From: the human T2T-CHM13v2.0 reference genome, Homo sapiens
Strand: one strand, 5' to 3'
NCBI RefSeq assembly: GCF_009914755.1
Contig: NC_060926.1
Length of the DNA: 64,000 nucleotides
Each line of letters starts with the position of its first letter. The first letter of the stretch is position 1. Positions 27,422 to 38,720 of the stretch are shown piece by piece. The notes beneath the pieces were generated by a model that ran no database searches, had not been told where the DNA came from, and was given only the letters and a program-made list of their open reading frames with translations. The translations under genes were made by a program, and so were the position numbers.

Positions 27422-29538
27422 AAATGCATTGGCACTGAGAAAGACTGCTGAGGAGGTGGCACTCCAGGTGTGGCTTTATGTGTCACTTCACCAGGTCAGC
27501 TATTTAGGCCTAGTCTTCTCCATTGGCTTGAAGCTCTGTTCACACCATCTTGGGTAACACATCACATTATTCTTCCTTATAAAAACAAATAAACTCAAAT
27601 GAGCATTCAGAGTCAGTTCACCCCTCCGAACATCTCTGTCTTCCCCTGATTTATGTGACACGGTTTCAATCCCGCCCACCTGAAAGCCTCCCATACTCTC
27701 AACTGAGGATTGGCCAGATGCCCAACTCCACTCCTCATGTTTCCCACCTTCCTCACCTCCACAGATGTGCACAGCCCGGAGGATCTCAGCCTGCTGGCCA
27801 CCACTGAGTCACCAGGAGTACAGCACTGCAGTACCTAGCACTACCCGCCATCAACTACTGCCACCGAGTCAAGTCACTGCACTCTTCACTTCCCATCTTA
27901 CAGAAAAACTCAGCTGTCCTGTGACACTGGACCCAAAGGCAAAAAAAAAAAAAAAAAAATGTTTTCATACTTATAATGGCTCCCCTCTGAACCAGTGCAT
28001 CTGAAATGTATACAGTTCTGGAGAACAAGGAGCTGGATTTATTAGTTCCTAGCCAACTCTTCACAGCAGCCAGTTTCTACAGGCATTTCTAAAATGACTC
28101 CAGTCCACTTCGGTGCAATTCACTGCCTGCCCAAGTTTAAAATCAATGGCCGAAAATAAAACTTACAATTCACAAGGCATCATAGGTTTCATAACTGAGT
28201 GAGCAGAGAAGGGGTAGAAGAAGTGATCAGGCCTTCTGAAGAAACCAGCCCAGGAAGCTGGCTTACTGAACTCCTGTAATTGCCTTTGCCATTCCCCCAC
28301 CCCACCTGCAAGTGTGGACCTTCTTGATTTCAGCCACCAATGTTTCAGACTACAGTCCCTTACAATACACTGACAGTCTGATCATTTATGAGCACGTTGG
28401 GCAACACGCAGAGAGACTTTGCGGAAACAGAGTTAGAGTTAGAGAAAACACACAGACAGGAAGGAAAAATGGAATGCCTTAACAGAACTGAGGATTTCTA
28501 TCTTTCATGGATAGCACATCATTAGACATATACGTCTGCATTGACGTATACCACAGGGTTTTTTTTTTGTTTTTTGTTTTTTTTTTGTTATAACCTGTTT
28601 ATTTGGTGGTTTAGCCAGAGAATCTTATATAACACACTCCTGTTTCAAATGTAGCAACATGTATTGGCACTGCACTCACATAAAATTCAGACTCCCCACA
28701 GCACTTCCCATTAACCACCCCCAGCCATTCTACCTTGCGAGGTTTCTGTGTATTGATGAAAAAAATAGGAACTACCACCAGCAAGAGTCAAAAGAAAGAT
28801 TCAATTATCAGCTTTACCTTATATTTAAAAGCTAGCACTCTATGGTATGATTTCAGGGATTTCAGGAAATTATTTCACCCTGATTTTAACAGATTGCATG
28901 AGCCTGACCTAGTGGGGAGAAGGAGTCCAGTTCTCTAACCCAAAACACACGTGAGTCTGCTTCGCTCTTCCAAGGTAGAGTATAGGAACACTGCCCACTG
29001 CCTCTGCACTGGGTTGCTGTATGGCCACAAGCCTAGCATCTGATTTCCTTAACAAAGAAGCAGTATATCTGCACTGCTTGTTTGGCCAGAAAGCACATAA
29101 TAATACAGCCACAGCTTAGGAACTTCCATTCATGCTAGCTCAACAAACAATGTGTATTATATAATGAATGAGGCTTTTCTATGAACCCTGCTATTGGAAA
29201 ACATAGGCACTTTCTGCATAGTTTAAACCAGTCTGCAAGGAGCAGTTACCCCTGGTGAGATCAAACGTGGACCCGGTAATGTATAAATTCAAACAGCCTA
29301 CACTCTTGAATGCTTTGCCATCACCCTAATTTCTTTTTTGCTTGACAATAAATAATTTTAGTTACCTATAAACTACACAGAGAACATTTACACAGCAGCC
29401 AGCAAGCCCCAGAATGATGTTAGCTTTCTGCTCCATGTTCCCTGCGTTGCCTAAGAAATAAGAAGCGGGGGGGTGGAGGGGATAGTGGGAGGAGGAAGAG
29501 GAGGGGAGAGGGAATTAGCTATCTATGAAAATACTTAC

Positions 29539-29583
29539 AGCCTCCGAGTCTTCAATTCCATGCAGGTACAAATTGTCATACAT
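29539..29583 (-). CDS. CACNB4: CACNB4 beta4a-specific first coding exon (MYDNLYLHGIEDSEA)
   Basis: Reverse complement reads cacctccATG TAT GAC AAT TTG TAC CTG CAT GGA ATT GAA GAC TCG GAG GCT|gtaagtat: 15 codons and a phase-0 consensus donor. The peptide matches my recollection of the beta4a N-terminus (paralogous to CACNB3 MYDDSYVPGFEDSEA). Confidence 0.95.
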
Positions 29584-29970
29584 GGAGGTGTGATAATCCA
29601 GAGCACCTCTTTCAAGGCAAAAACAAAATTGCTGCAGAAACCACAGCTACAGCTTAAAGAGAAAAGGCCTGTTTGGGAGAACTGCGCCTGCCTTATCAAT
29701 TCCTGTGGATTTACCAGGCAAGATGCTATTCATTCACATCCCACAGGGTGAGGTTATCCCCAGAGGCAGTCCAGACCTGGCATTTTATCTGCCTTCCCAA
29801 TACAGAGCACAAAAAGCAAAACCCTTCCTCAACCACAGACTGGTGACTGAGCTAGGAAAGCGGCCTCTGATTGGCTCGGCTTCCCTGCTTCAGTCAGCTG
29901 AAGAGCGTTCCCTCGGAGAGTGGAGGGCGCCTCGGAGCATCCTACCCAGCAAAGAGCTGCTTCCTGTTTC
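29584..29970 (-). promoter_or_regulatory. CACNB4: beta4a 5' UTR and internal promoter (NF-Y CCAAT box, ETS site)
   Basis: Minus-strand AGCCAATCAG (CCAAT at 29870-29874), AACAGGAAGC ETS-like motif at ~29959-29968, and locally raised CpG directly upstream of the beta4a ATG. The TSS cannot be determined from sequence. Confidence 0.7.
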
Positions 29971-30829
29971 GCCTGTATTGTTAGTTCTACAATAAACACT
30001 TATCAATATCCAAAAGGCTGCGTGGAATGTTTGGAAAGGCAAACTATTGAATACTCCAAACACAACTGCTCATCTTCTTAATTAAATTCACAATTGGAGA
30101 AGGGAGCAAAGGAAAGATTTTATTTTCAGAGAATATCATGTAAAGACAGGTAAACAGATACTAATCTCATCCAACATCTGTACTTAACAGATGCATTTAA
30201 GTCAAAAGGGCAATGAGTCATAAAAAAAATCTTTACACCCAATGTGAAGAAAAAAATGACTAGAATAAACAGATGGTAAGATTTCTTGTGGGAATTTCTA
30301 TAGTAAAAGTTTTCAATATTCTCGTTGAAGTCTCTCTGCCTCACTGGCAAGAAAAGAGCTCTGTGTCCCAACTGGTGAAGTTTGAAAAGGAAGCCAAAAA
30401 CTTCTCAACTTTTAGATGTGAAATGTTTAATGCTCTTTAGTTGAATGTTTTTAAATCAACTTTAAGCAACAGCCAATGTCTTCACGTAAATTCTTCATCC
30501 CCTTCCCATGCACAAATCTTTAATAATCCTGAAGTGGCATTGGTCTTTTCCCCAAAACCCAAATAGAAACGTCAGACTCCCTCCGCCTGCTGCTCCACAC
30601 CGCAACTCAGGTGACCTAGGACAGGTCCCACATTGCAGCAGCCTGGGATGAGTTTCTCTAGGTACTTAGAACTTTCTGGTCAACCAAAAAAAAAAGCTGC
30701 AGCTTTGAAACAGGAGAGCTTTATGGCCCACTCTAAAAGTAGCCAGCTAAATTCAGGAGGACAAAGAAGCTGGTGAGGAGCACAGAACATATTTTAGAGA
30801 AGCTGCATGACTGACTGGGTAAGTAATGA

Positions 30830-31000
30830 CCCAGAAACTCAGAGGCTCTAAGTCCCCTGTATCAGCTTTGCCACTAATTGGTCAGATGACTCTGGACCAG
30901 TCAGTCACCATCTTGATGGGCTCTGGTTTCTTCACCCGCCAAAATGAGGTAAGAAATAACTTAGGGAAAGAAGTCTGCAAATCTAAAGTGCAACATAAAC
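30830..31000 (+). mobile_element. MIR (degenerate)
   Basis: gctttgccactaa...gactctggaccagtca...ctctggtttcttcacccgccaaaatgagg. Confidence 0.55.
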
Positions 31001-31604
31001 ACTTACCATTGAGAAGCTGCTTTGTCAGCTGGAAGGCACTGGCTGCAGTTCATGGGAGCTCAGCACAAGAGTAACTGGCTGGCCCTGGATCTAGGAAAGG
31101 AGGCCTGTCCTTCCAGCCAGTATCTCTGAAAAGCGTAACTCTTAAAGGAACAAACCTGAGTCAAAATAATAACACAACGGCTACAACAGCTGAGCAGAGC
31201 ATAGTTCTTCCAGGTCTGTGCTGACCCGTTCATGTCTTTCAATCACAGTCGCACATCTTGGGAGTGGCATCAATACCTAGTCCACTGTCAAATATAAATG
31301 ATAGCAAGAAGATATTGCTGTCCTTCAGAATCCTAAAATGGTAGGGTTTGAACAGATTGTCACCTCTGAGATTGTGCCCCCATGGAGGGAGGACAGCAGC
31401 AGGGGATGAGTGCAGTCAATGGGATTCCATAGAGAGAAACCCAGTGCTGGCTCTACCTGTCGACAAGGATGCATGTTGGAGAAAGTCCCTGGCCACGTGG
31501 AACCTCGGTTCCCTCCCCCATACACCAAGAGGACCAGATCAAAGGGCTGCTGTGCTCAAATTCATGTGTCAGACTCTTATTTTAATTATTAACTCTCTAA
31601 TTAC

Positions 31605-31610
31605 AGCCAT
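31605..31610 (-). CDS. CACNB4: Second candidate Met-Ala start exon end, ATG GCT|gtaatt
   Basis: Minus strand ataccgtATGGCT|gtaattag, phase 0, 2 kb upstream of the beta4a exon. The donor is weaker than the one at 27415. Confidence 0.4.
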
Positions 31611-34279
31611 ACGGTATTTCAACCAGAATCAACAGAAAACTGAGACAAGAGGTTCTTTTTTTCTCTTAAATTCTCCAGATCATTTCCCAACTTTACCACT
31701 TCAATTGCAAGTATAGATATTCCCCGATTGTGTTAAAATGGACATCTAAATTAAGGGGAGAAGACAGAGGCAGCCCACTTTCACAATTCACCAAGATGAG
31801 ACAAATTGTTCCCAACTGGATAAACTGTACATAGCTCGGCTCTTCTGTGGATGGCTGCCGTGGAGCGCTCCCTATAGCCAATGTGAGGGCCTAAAGGAAG
31901 TTTTAAAGAGCAGGGGCGCACTTTACGGTACCCTAATGCATGCAGTCAGCGAGTCTGACCAGGGAGGGATGTTAGCAGGGAGGCACTGGATCACATATAG
32001 CAGCCTGTGGTTGCTCCTGCACCCAACCCCTCTAACTAAGAATAGATGTGAAGGGGCAGGCTCTGCCTGCTTTCCAGGAAGTCAGAAATGTGCTGGACTC
32101 AGAATCATAAACTGTAAGAGGTGGGAAAACACCAGGAGTTGCCTTATCTGGCCTTTTAGTGCCTACAAAGGTTCAATTACTTTATTCAAAGCCATATGTT
32201 CTATACTGGAGTGTTCCTTCCCCCACTTCCTCCGTGATAAGAGTTTTCAAGATGAGGGGCAGTAGGCGTGTTCCCAAGAGGAATTTGGTGAAATAGAGAG
32301 AAGTCACTTTTTTGGGGAAATTCCTATTTTTCCCACGCCTTCCATTCTAAAAAATTATCCCATCAGAAGTCATTTTGTTCACCCACAGCTGATAACTAAA
32401 AATCAGATCACAGGTTGGGGAGTCTTCCCCTAGGGTCTGGATCTACACAGAATCAGCACCACACCTGTGAGTCACCTAAGGGTTTCAACCCAATACTCGG
32501 GCTGATCCCAGAGTTCCAGAGGAACCCCAGTGAGACGCTCAGCTCTGAACCTCCCCAGAGGAACTCTAAGGAGTTCCAGAAAAGTGAGCTCAGAACTCTA
32601 GAAAGATCTTAGAACTGACTATCTCTGCCCCAAGATTCTCTAAACTGAGACCAGGCTGAGAAGTAGTGAGACGTCCCTGGGAGCTTCCCGAGCCTGTTTC
32701 AGATCAGCTCCAGTCCCCAGCTTTTAGTAAAAGGGTCTATGGATTCCAGCAAGTTCAAGTTCCTAGGGCCAAATTTCACACTTCACTGCAGCAGGTAGTG
32801 AAAAGCAACCAAGACACTGGCACCTTCTTGGTTTTGACTTTAACAGTTCTCCAGCTGAATGATGGTCAAGAAGATGAAAGAGAAACCACCCCGTTTCTGG
32901 CCTACTTCTCCCACCTGAGGTTACAGTGAGAACAAGTTTGAAAACCTTGGGGCTCATCTTGTGCTGGTGCTTCCCAGGAACCCACCTACCTCTCATTACT
33001 GAGTAGCCTCCAAAACTGCATAGCCTCAAGGAGGCTGCCTCTGATTCTGAGAATGCCCTGTTAAATGTGTTTCTGACTCAACTCTTTTCCAGTTATCTCT
33101 CATTATGATCAACAGTTCAAAGTCAAAAAAAGCCCTATGAAAAAGCATCATCTCTATGATTCTGTTTATAAATGCCACGTGATTCATGATGGGGAAGGTA
33201 TCCTTGCAATTTGACAAATGCCTCCACTGAGCTAAATTAAGTGGAGGAAATGGCATGTCCCTCAACAAATTAGGACAGCTCTATTTTGTATCACAAGGAC
33301 ACATTATTTTCAGTTCTTTTTCATGGGCTTCAAACTTAGGGATATTAAGTCCCTTTTCCTTACCCGTGCTGGGCTTTATCATAGAGTGAACCCATGAAAT
33401 TGACAGTAGAGTACAAAGGACAGGTATTTCTGTTTTCCACTTGTTTGGACAGAGAGAAGAAGGAGAGAAAAGCCAAAGTGAGAAGATTAGCTATTAGCTA
33501 TGAGATTTAAATAGCCATGATCAAGACAAACTGGTGCAGATTTAGAAGCAAAAGGCAATTCTGATTCTAATTTTCCACCTAAATTTCTCGGGAATTTAAC
33601 TTTTCAAAGCCAGTGTAGTTATGCGTTCTATAGCAGAACTGCAAGAACTCAGAGAAGAGACAAAGGAATAATGTTGGGACTCAGCCAAGGCTAGCCCTCC
33701 TGTTGGCTCCACGGGCTAGAACACAAGCCCAAGGTCTCTGTTTGCCAATTCAGCCTTGGGAATTATTTTGTTGTTTGTTTTTGTTTAAATTTTACTAAGT
33801 GACTACAGTGTGCTAGATGAATTTTCTCATCTTCTGCTCTGCAAGTAATAGTACTCCACTCCTTTGCCTCTAGAAATCTGTGTGGCATTGCAAGAATGAA
33901 TATCATAACCCTGTTTCCTCCCTGGAGCCCATCAGATAGGTGGTAGCAACAGGGCAGACAAGGGAATGAAAACAAAACAAACAAACAAAAAAACTACAGA
34001 CAACAGATTCCACTTCTATTAGTCCTCTGCTGTAGTTCTCTGAGGCGGAGCTCAGACCTTACCAACTAGGCAGGCATGTCCAGAGTCTCTCCAGGCCCCA
34101 TGAAGACCATGGAGATAATAGTTTTGAAATTAATGAGTTAAGATATGAAAGATACATAGGAGGCAGTGTGGAAGAATTGGCCTTTTTAATTTTTTTAAGG
34201 GAAGAAGTATGGAATCAGGGCAGCCCACATTGCCCAGCTCCAAGGGCCCCATGCACCCCATGTGAATGGTCCTCCCTGT

Positions 34280-34510
34280 GATATGTAACAAGAATACCAT
34301 GAAGCAAAGTGCTTATGAGCAGGGACCCTGGAGCCAGACTGCCTGCATATCCCAGCTGTGCCACTTCCCAGCAGGGTAACGCTCAGTAAGCTACTCTACC
34401 TTCCTGTGCCTCCATTTCCTCACTTACAAAATGAGGATTCTATCAAGAAGATTGTGCAAATTAAAAGCCTTGGTCTAATAAAACGTTCGGATGGGTACCT
34501 GGCACCAACT
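34280..34510 (+). mobile_element. MIR
   Basis: ctggagccagactgcctg...gccacttcccagc...gtgcctccatttcctcacttacaaaatgagg. Confidence 0.75.
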
Positions 34511-36059
34511 GTGCTCCACAAGCAAGCACAGGGCTGCTATGGTAGTTCTCATCATTCTCCGCCTGGGTTCTGGCCTAAAGCCCTGATGCCCTTGCCTCTA
34601 GGGTGGGATTGCTAAACCTTGCCCCTGATGCCGGCCTGGTCCTCTCAATCCCACCAGAGTCTCAGGTCTCAGCCGCCAGAGCTGAGCCCAGCCTCCTGCT
34701 GCCCTCATACCTTCATGCCAGCTCCTGCCGGCAGCCTACCTGCTGTATCTGGCCAGGCTGACTGCTCCTCGTGCCAAGGCTGTCATGCTTGCCCAGACCT
34801 CCTCCACCTAGTGACAGCACCCCCGCCCTCAGCCACCCCACTGAACGCTGTGTGTTTCCTCTGTACCTGGGTGTACCCAGCGCTCTCCCACTGGCCTCCT
34901 CAATTGTCTGGAATCTTGCTCCATCATCCCCACCAGCCACTCCTGGACCACCCCACCCTGTCACAAAACACTGCCCAGAAGACCGTCCTCATGAAAATCC
35001 TGTAACAAATGCTACTGCTGGTTCATGCCAAAGAGGCAAAAGAAGAGGAAGAACAGCAGAGAGAAACAAGCGGAGACAGGGATAAAGAGGCAGAGACAGA
35101 AAACCCTAGAGACGTGCAGAGGAAAAGTGAATATATGGACTAGCTCCCCTCCTCCCTGCCATTCTTGATGGCTTCAGGAAAAATAATACTTCATAATTCA
35201 TAAGAGAGTGAGTGTAGGCAAGGTAAAAAAAATTCCCATGGCCTATTCAACTTGCCAGAAAATGACAGATCCCTCTCTGTGATTGACTTATTACTCAGAA
35301 AGCTCTTTCTAAAATTTCAGTTAAAAAAAAAAAAAAAGAGCCAATCTCTTAGAAAACACATTCCATAAAGCCACAATTTTCATGAATGCTACCCAACTTT
35401 ACTTTCCACTATTCTCCAAAATGAATCTAGGAGATTAGTTCAGCTGGTCACCTTCCCATTGCCTATATATTGTTTAGCTGATATTATTATCAGTGCTGAT
35501 CTACCAATTACAGCTTCGAATTGTTGACTGGTCCACACTACTGGAGAGACTGGAATGTGAAGATCAATGAGAAATGATGGCATCTCCCTGGGGACAGACA
35601 GGGATGGCGTGGCAGCAACACTGAAGATCCTGAAGACAGAAATTGAACCAAGGAGATGGTTGCAATCAAAGCTCTCACATTTTGAGAAGCTCTGATGAGA
35701 GCCAGAGAGTAATTTGATTCCTTATCTGCAAAGCTTCAGCAGGAGTGGGAGGCAGGAAAGGGGGAAGGAAAGGAACAGTGTCACTCATGGAGCAGGGCAG
35801 AAATGAATCAGCCACCAACTTACTACTCAGCCTTGCGCAAACCACCTCCCTAAAAGGTGGGACTCCTTCAGTTCCATGATTCCAGATTTGCTATAAAGAG
35901 TAAACAAAACTGTTTAACGTAAAATTAGTAAAACTTTATTTTCTATTTTGTTACTGCTTTTAGGTAACAATTTATGTTTTTGCCTCCCAGGAGTTTTTCT
36001 CTTTGATTTGATAACACGATTAATAATAAGCATCCATAAATGCTTGTTTAGCACCTAAT

Positions 36060-37150
36060 ATTTCCTCTAAACAAAAATCAGTCAGCTCCATTTCAAAATC
36101 TTTCGGTGGCTTCCCATCGAAAAACCCAAATCCTTAACAAGGTCTAGTGTGTAGTGTGGCCCCAACACTTCTCTTCTGACAGCCCTCATTTTGCAAGCCT
36201 TTCCCCTTCACTCTCTCCAAGTTGGCCTTCTTGGACACATCACACCCCTTCCCACCACTGGGCTTTGTTGCTTCTGAGCCCCTTGCCTAGAGCCCCACAC
36301 CTCCTCTCAATCTGCCCCCATTAGTTTGCATTAGTGCAATTGGTGAATTAATAGCTGTCTTTTAAATGTGAGTTCTGTGGGAAGACAGACCAGGATATCT
36401 TTTTACACACCATTATATCCCCACTGCCTAGCACATAGGCTTTCCACAAATATGTGAATAGTTAATGATGGCCCTGAGCTCCTTGGCTACCTTTGCACTT
36501 TGGTTGACAAAACAGTGCAGTGACTGGCAAAAGAGCTCACAAAGTGAAATATGGGTATTTTTTAGAACTAAGAAAACCCAGAACATGAGCATCCCTAAAG
36601 GGTCCTTACCAAACTATCTTCATGTCCTGATTGGGACACAATGGTCCTGTTCAGATTCAGATTCTTACGAACTAAATAATCTAGGTGTGACATAGAGTTG
36701 TTTTAACAGAGTCTTTATTTCAAGGGAAACATCATTTATAGTGCGTTGATGGAGTTTTTGGTTTTGGTTCTTGGTTTTTTAGTGTTGAGGACAAGAACCC
36801 ATGATCTTTCACACTTCACCCTTTGCACAAGATGTCCCCTCTGTCAGGGAGGCCACCTTCACTCTGTCCCCTACCCCGACTGCTTCTATTTGGTGAACTC
36901 ATTCCTTCTTTAAGGTCAAATGTAAATGTCACTAACTTCTCCAACCCCTCAGACATTAGCCAGTCCTTCTCCCATACTTCCATAACACTCTATCTCCCAC
37001 ACCTCTACCAGTGGGCGAATCACATAATAGTGTAATTCTTTCATTACAAGATGAACAGCTCAAGAGCAAGAACCATGTCTTACTCAGCTTCACACCCCAC
37101 ATGCTTCATTCCATAGAAGATCCTCAACAAATATTGGTTAAGGAACTGAA
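36060..37150 (+). mobile_element. L2 fragments
   Basis: aaaatctttcggtggcttccca, aaacccaaatccttaac, tatccccactgcctagcaca, tctttaaggtcaaatgtaaatgtcac. Confidence 0.55.
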
Positions 37151-37979
37151 CAGCAAACATGAAAACAAAATTCACACTGTGAGCCTTGATGTCGTTGCCT
37201 CCATCATAATGCATGCAGCCTAGTCTAGTAGATATTTGAGGCCTTAAAGTCAGTCAGTGAGCCAAGGAAATCTGTGAGGTCAATTTCAGAGCCGCTGCAG
37301 ATTTAGAAAACAAATACAAAATGGAAACTGATGTCAGGAATTCAGGTCTGAGCGGAACTCCTGTCGGTGGTAGGGGCTCTTCTTGGGTGGAATCTATGGG
37401 AAGAGGGGATATTGGTAGATAATGGATAGATGGTAGCAATAAGGTCCTGAGGTATTTTCCTCAGAACATATTTTTGGAGAAACACTTATTTACCTTTGAA
37501 AAAGTGTGCCAGAGCATGTATCCCTTAAAGGCAGGAACTATGTTTTACTCATCTTGTTGATATACCCCTCTTTTGATGCAGTGCCTATTACAACTTAAAA
37601 ATAGTTAAAGTTTAATAACTACATTGCAAAAAGCCAACTAAGCTGGTATAATATAGATAATCTTCACAGTAGAGCATTCACTGAAGGAACCACATGTCTC
37701 AAGCACCAGGCAGCAAGCGTGCTAAAACCTCAACAATGGAGTAGAAAAATCTAGCTGACTCTAAAATACTGAGCTTAGAGTAGCGACACTCATTCTAGAT
37801 CCCTCCTGCAAGCAGATCTAAAGCTTTTAAAGTACTGCTAAACATGGATAGAATTATCTCAAGCAATGGATTAGTCTTAGCCCTCAGGTTGCAAGCTTTC
37901 AGTTTCTGCAACATGGTGTCAGGTATGAAGAAAATGGAGGTTTGGGTGCACACTGCTGAACTTTGACCTCTCTATTATT

Positions 37980-38720
37980 CTAGGTGGCAGAGATGACTAA
38001 AAGCTCCAGTATTCTTTCTCCATTTCCCCCATTTAGCATTAAGCCATTCCACCTTCAATTTTAGCAAGGCTAAAATTTAGCAAGGTTCTTCAACTAGAAA
38101 TTATACCTCACAGCCTCCCTTGCAACTAGATGTGACTGTGTTCTTGCCAGTACAATAGGAGTGAAAGTCATGTGTCCAACTTACACATTACACCCTTAAA
38201 AAGATACTGACTGCCAGCCGGGCACAGTGGCTCACACCTGTAATCCCAGCACTTTGGGAGGCCAAGGCGGGCAGATCACGAGGTCAGGAGATTTAGACCA
38301 TCCTGGCTAACACAGTGAAACCCTGTCTCTACTAAAAATACAAAAAAATCAGCCAGGCGTGGTGGCTGGCGCCTGTAGTCCCAGCTACTTGGGAGGCTGA
38401 GGCAGGAGAATGGCCTGAACCTGGAGGCGGAGCTTGCAGTGAGCTGAGATTGCACCACTGCACTCCAGCCTGGACGACAGAGCGAGACTCCGTCTCAAAA
38501 AAAAAAAAAAAAAAAGATACTGACTGCCTTCCCATTCCTTTGGATGTGGTGCTGATGAAACAACTTCCAGCATACAGATGAGGAACTCACCTTAGGGAAG
38601 AAAAGTTAATAGGATAAAGAAGCTTCTGCATTGTTAGATGAAAGAGAAAGGCATTTCCATCTTATTGAGGCAACTTTATTTAGGGGTCTCTTGTTGAGCG
38701 GCTCAACCTGACTAATTCCA
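37980..38720. mobile_element. Old ERVL/MaLR LTR (LTR16- or MLT1-like), interrupted by AluY
   Basis: cagcctcccttgcaactagatgtgactgtgttcttgccag...gtgaaagtcatgtg motif. Confidence 0.5.
38216..38515 (+). mobile_element. AluY
   Basis: Y diagnostics; perfect 18-bp TSD aaaaagatactgactgcc (38198-38215, 38511-38528). Confidence 0.95.

Noticed and set aside
32453-32470. REST/RE1 left half-site TCAGCACC (also an RE1-like look at ~31850-31870)
   Set aside because: No correctly spaced GGACAG right half.
33358-33395. Minus-strand donor cgg|gtaagg with nearby ATGs
   Set aside because: The ATGs are in phase 2 and phase 1, so they cannot join the phase-0 common exon in frame.
34619-35085. Overlapping Pro/Cys-rich ORFs in a C-rich stretch
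   Set aside because: Explained by composition or an unrecognised old repeat; no splice or homology evidence.
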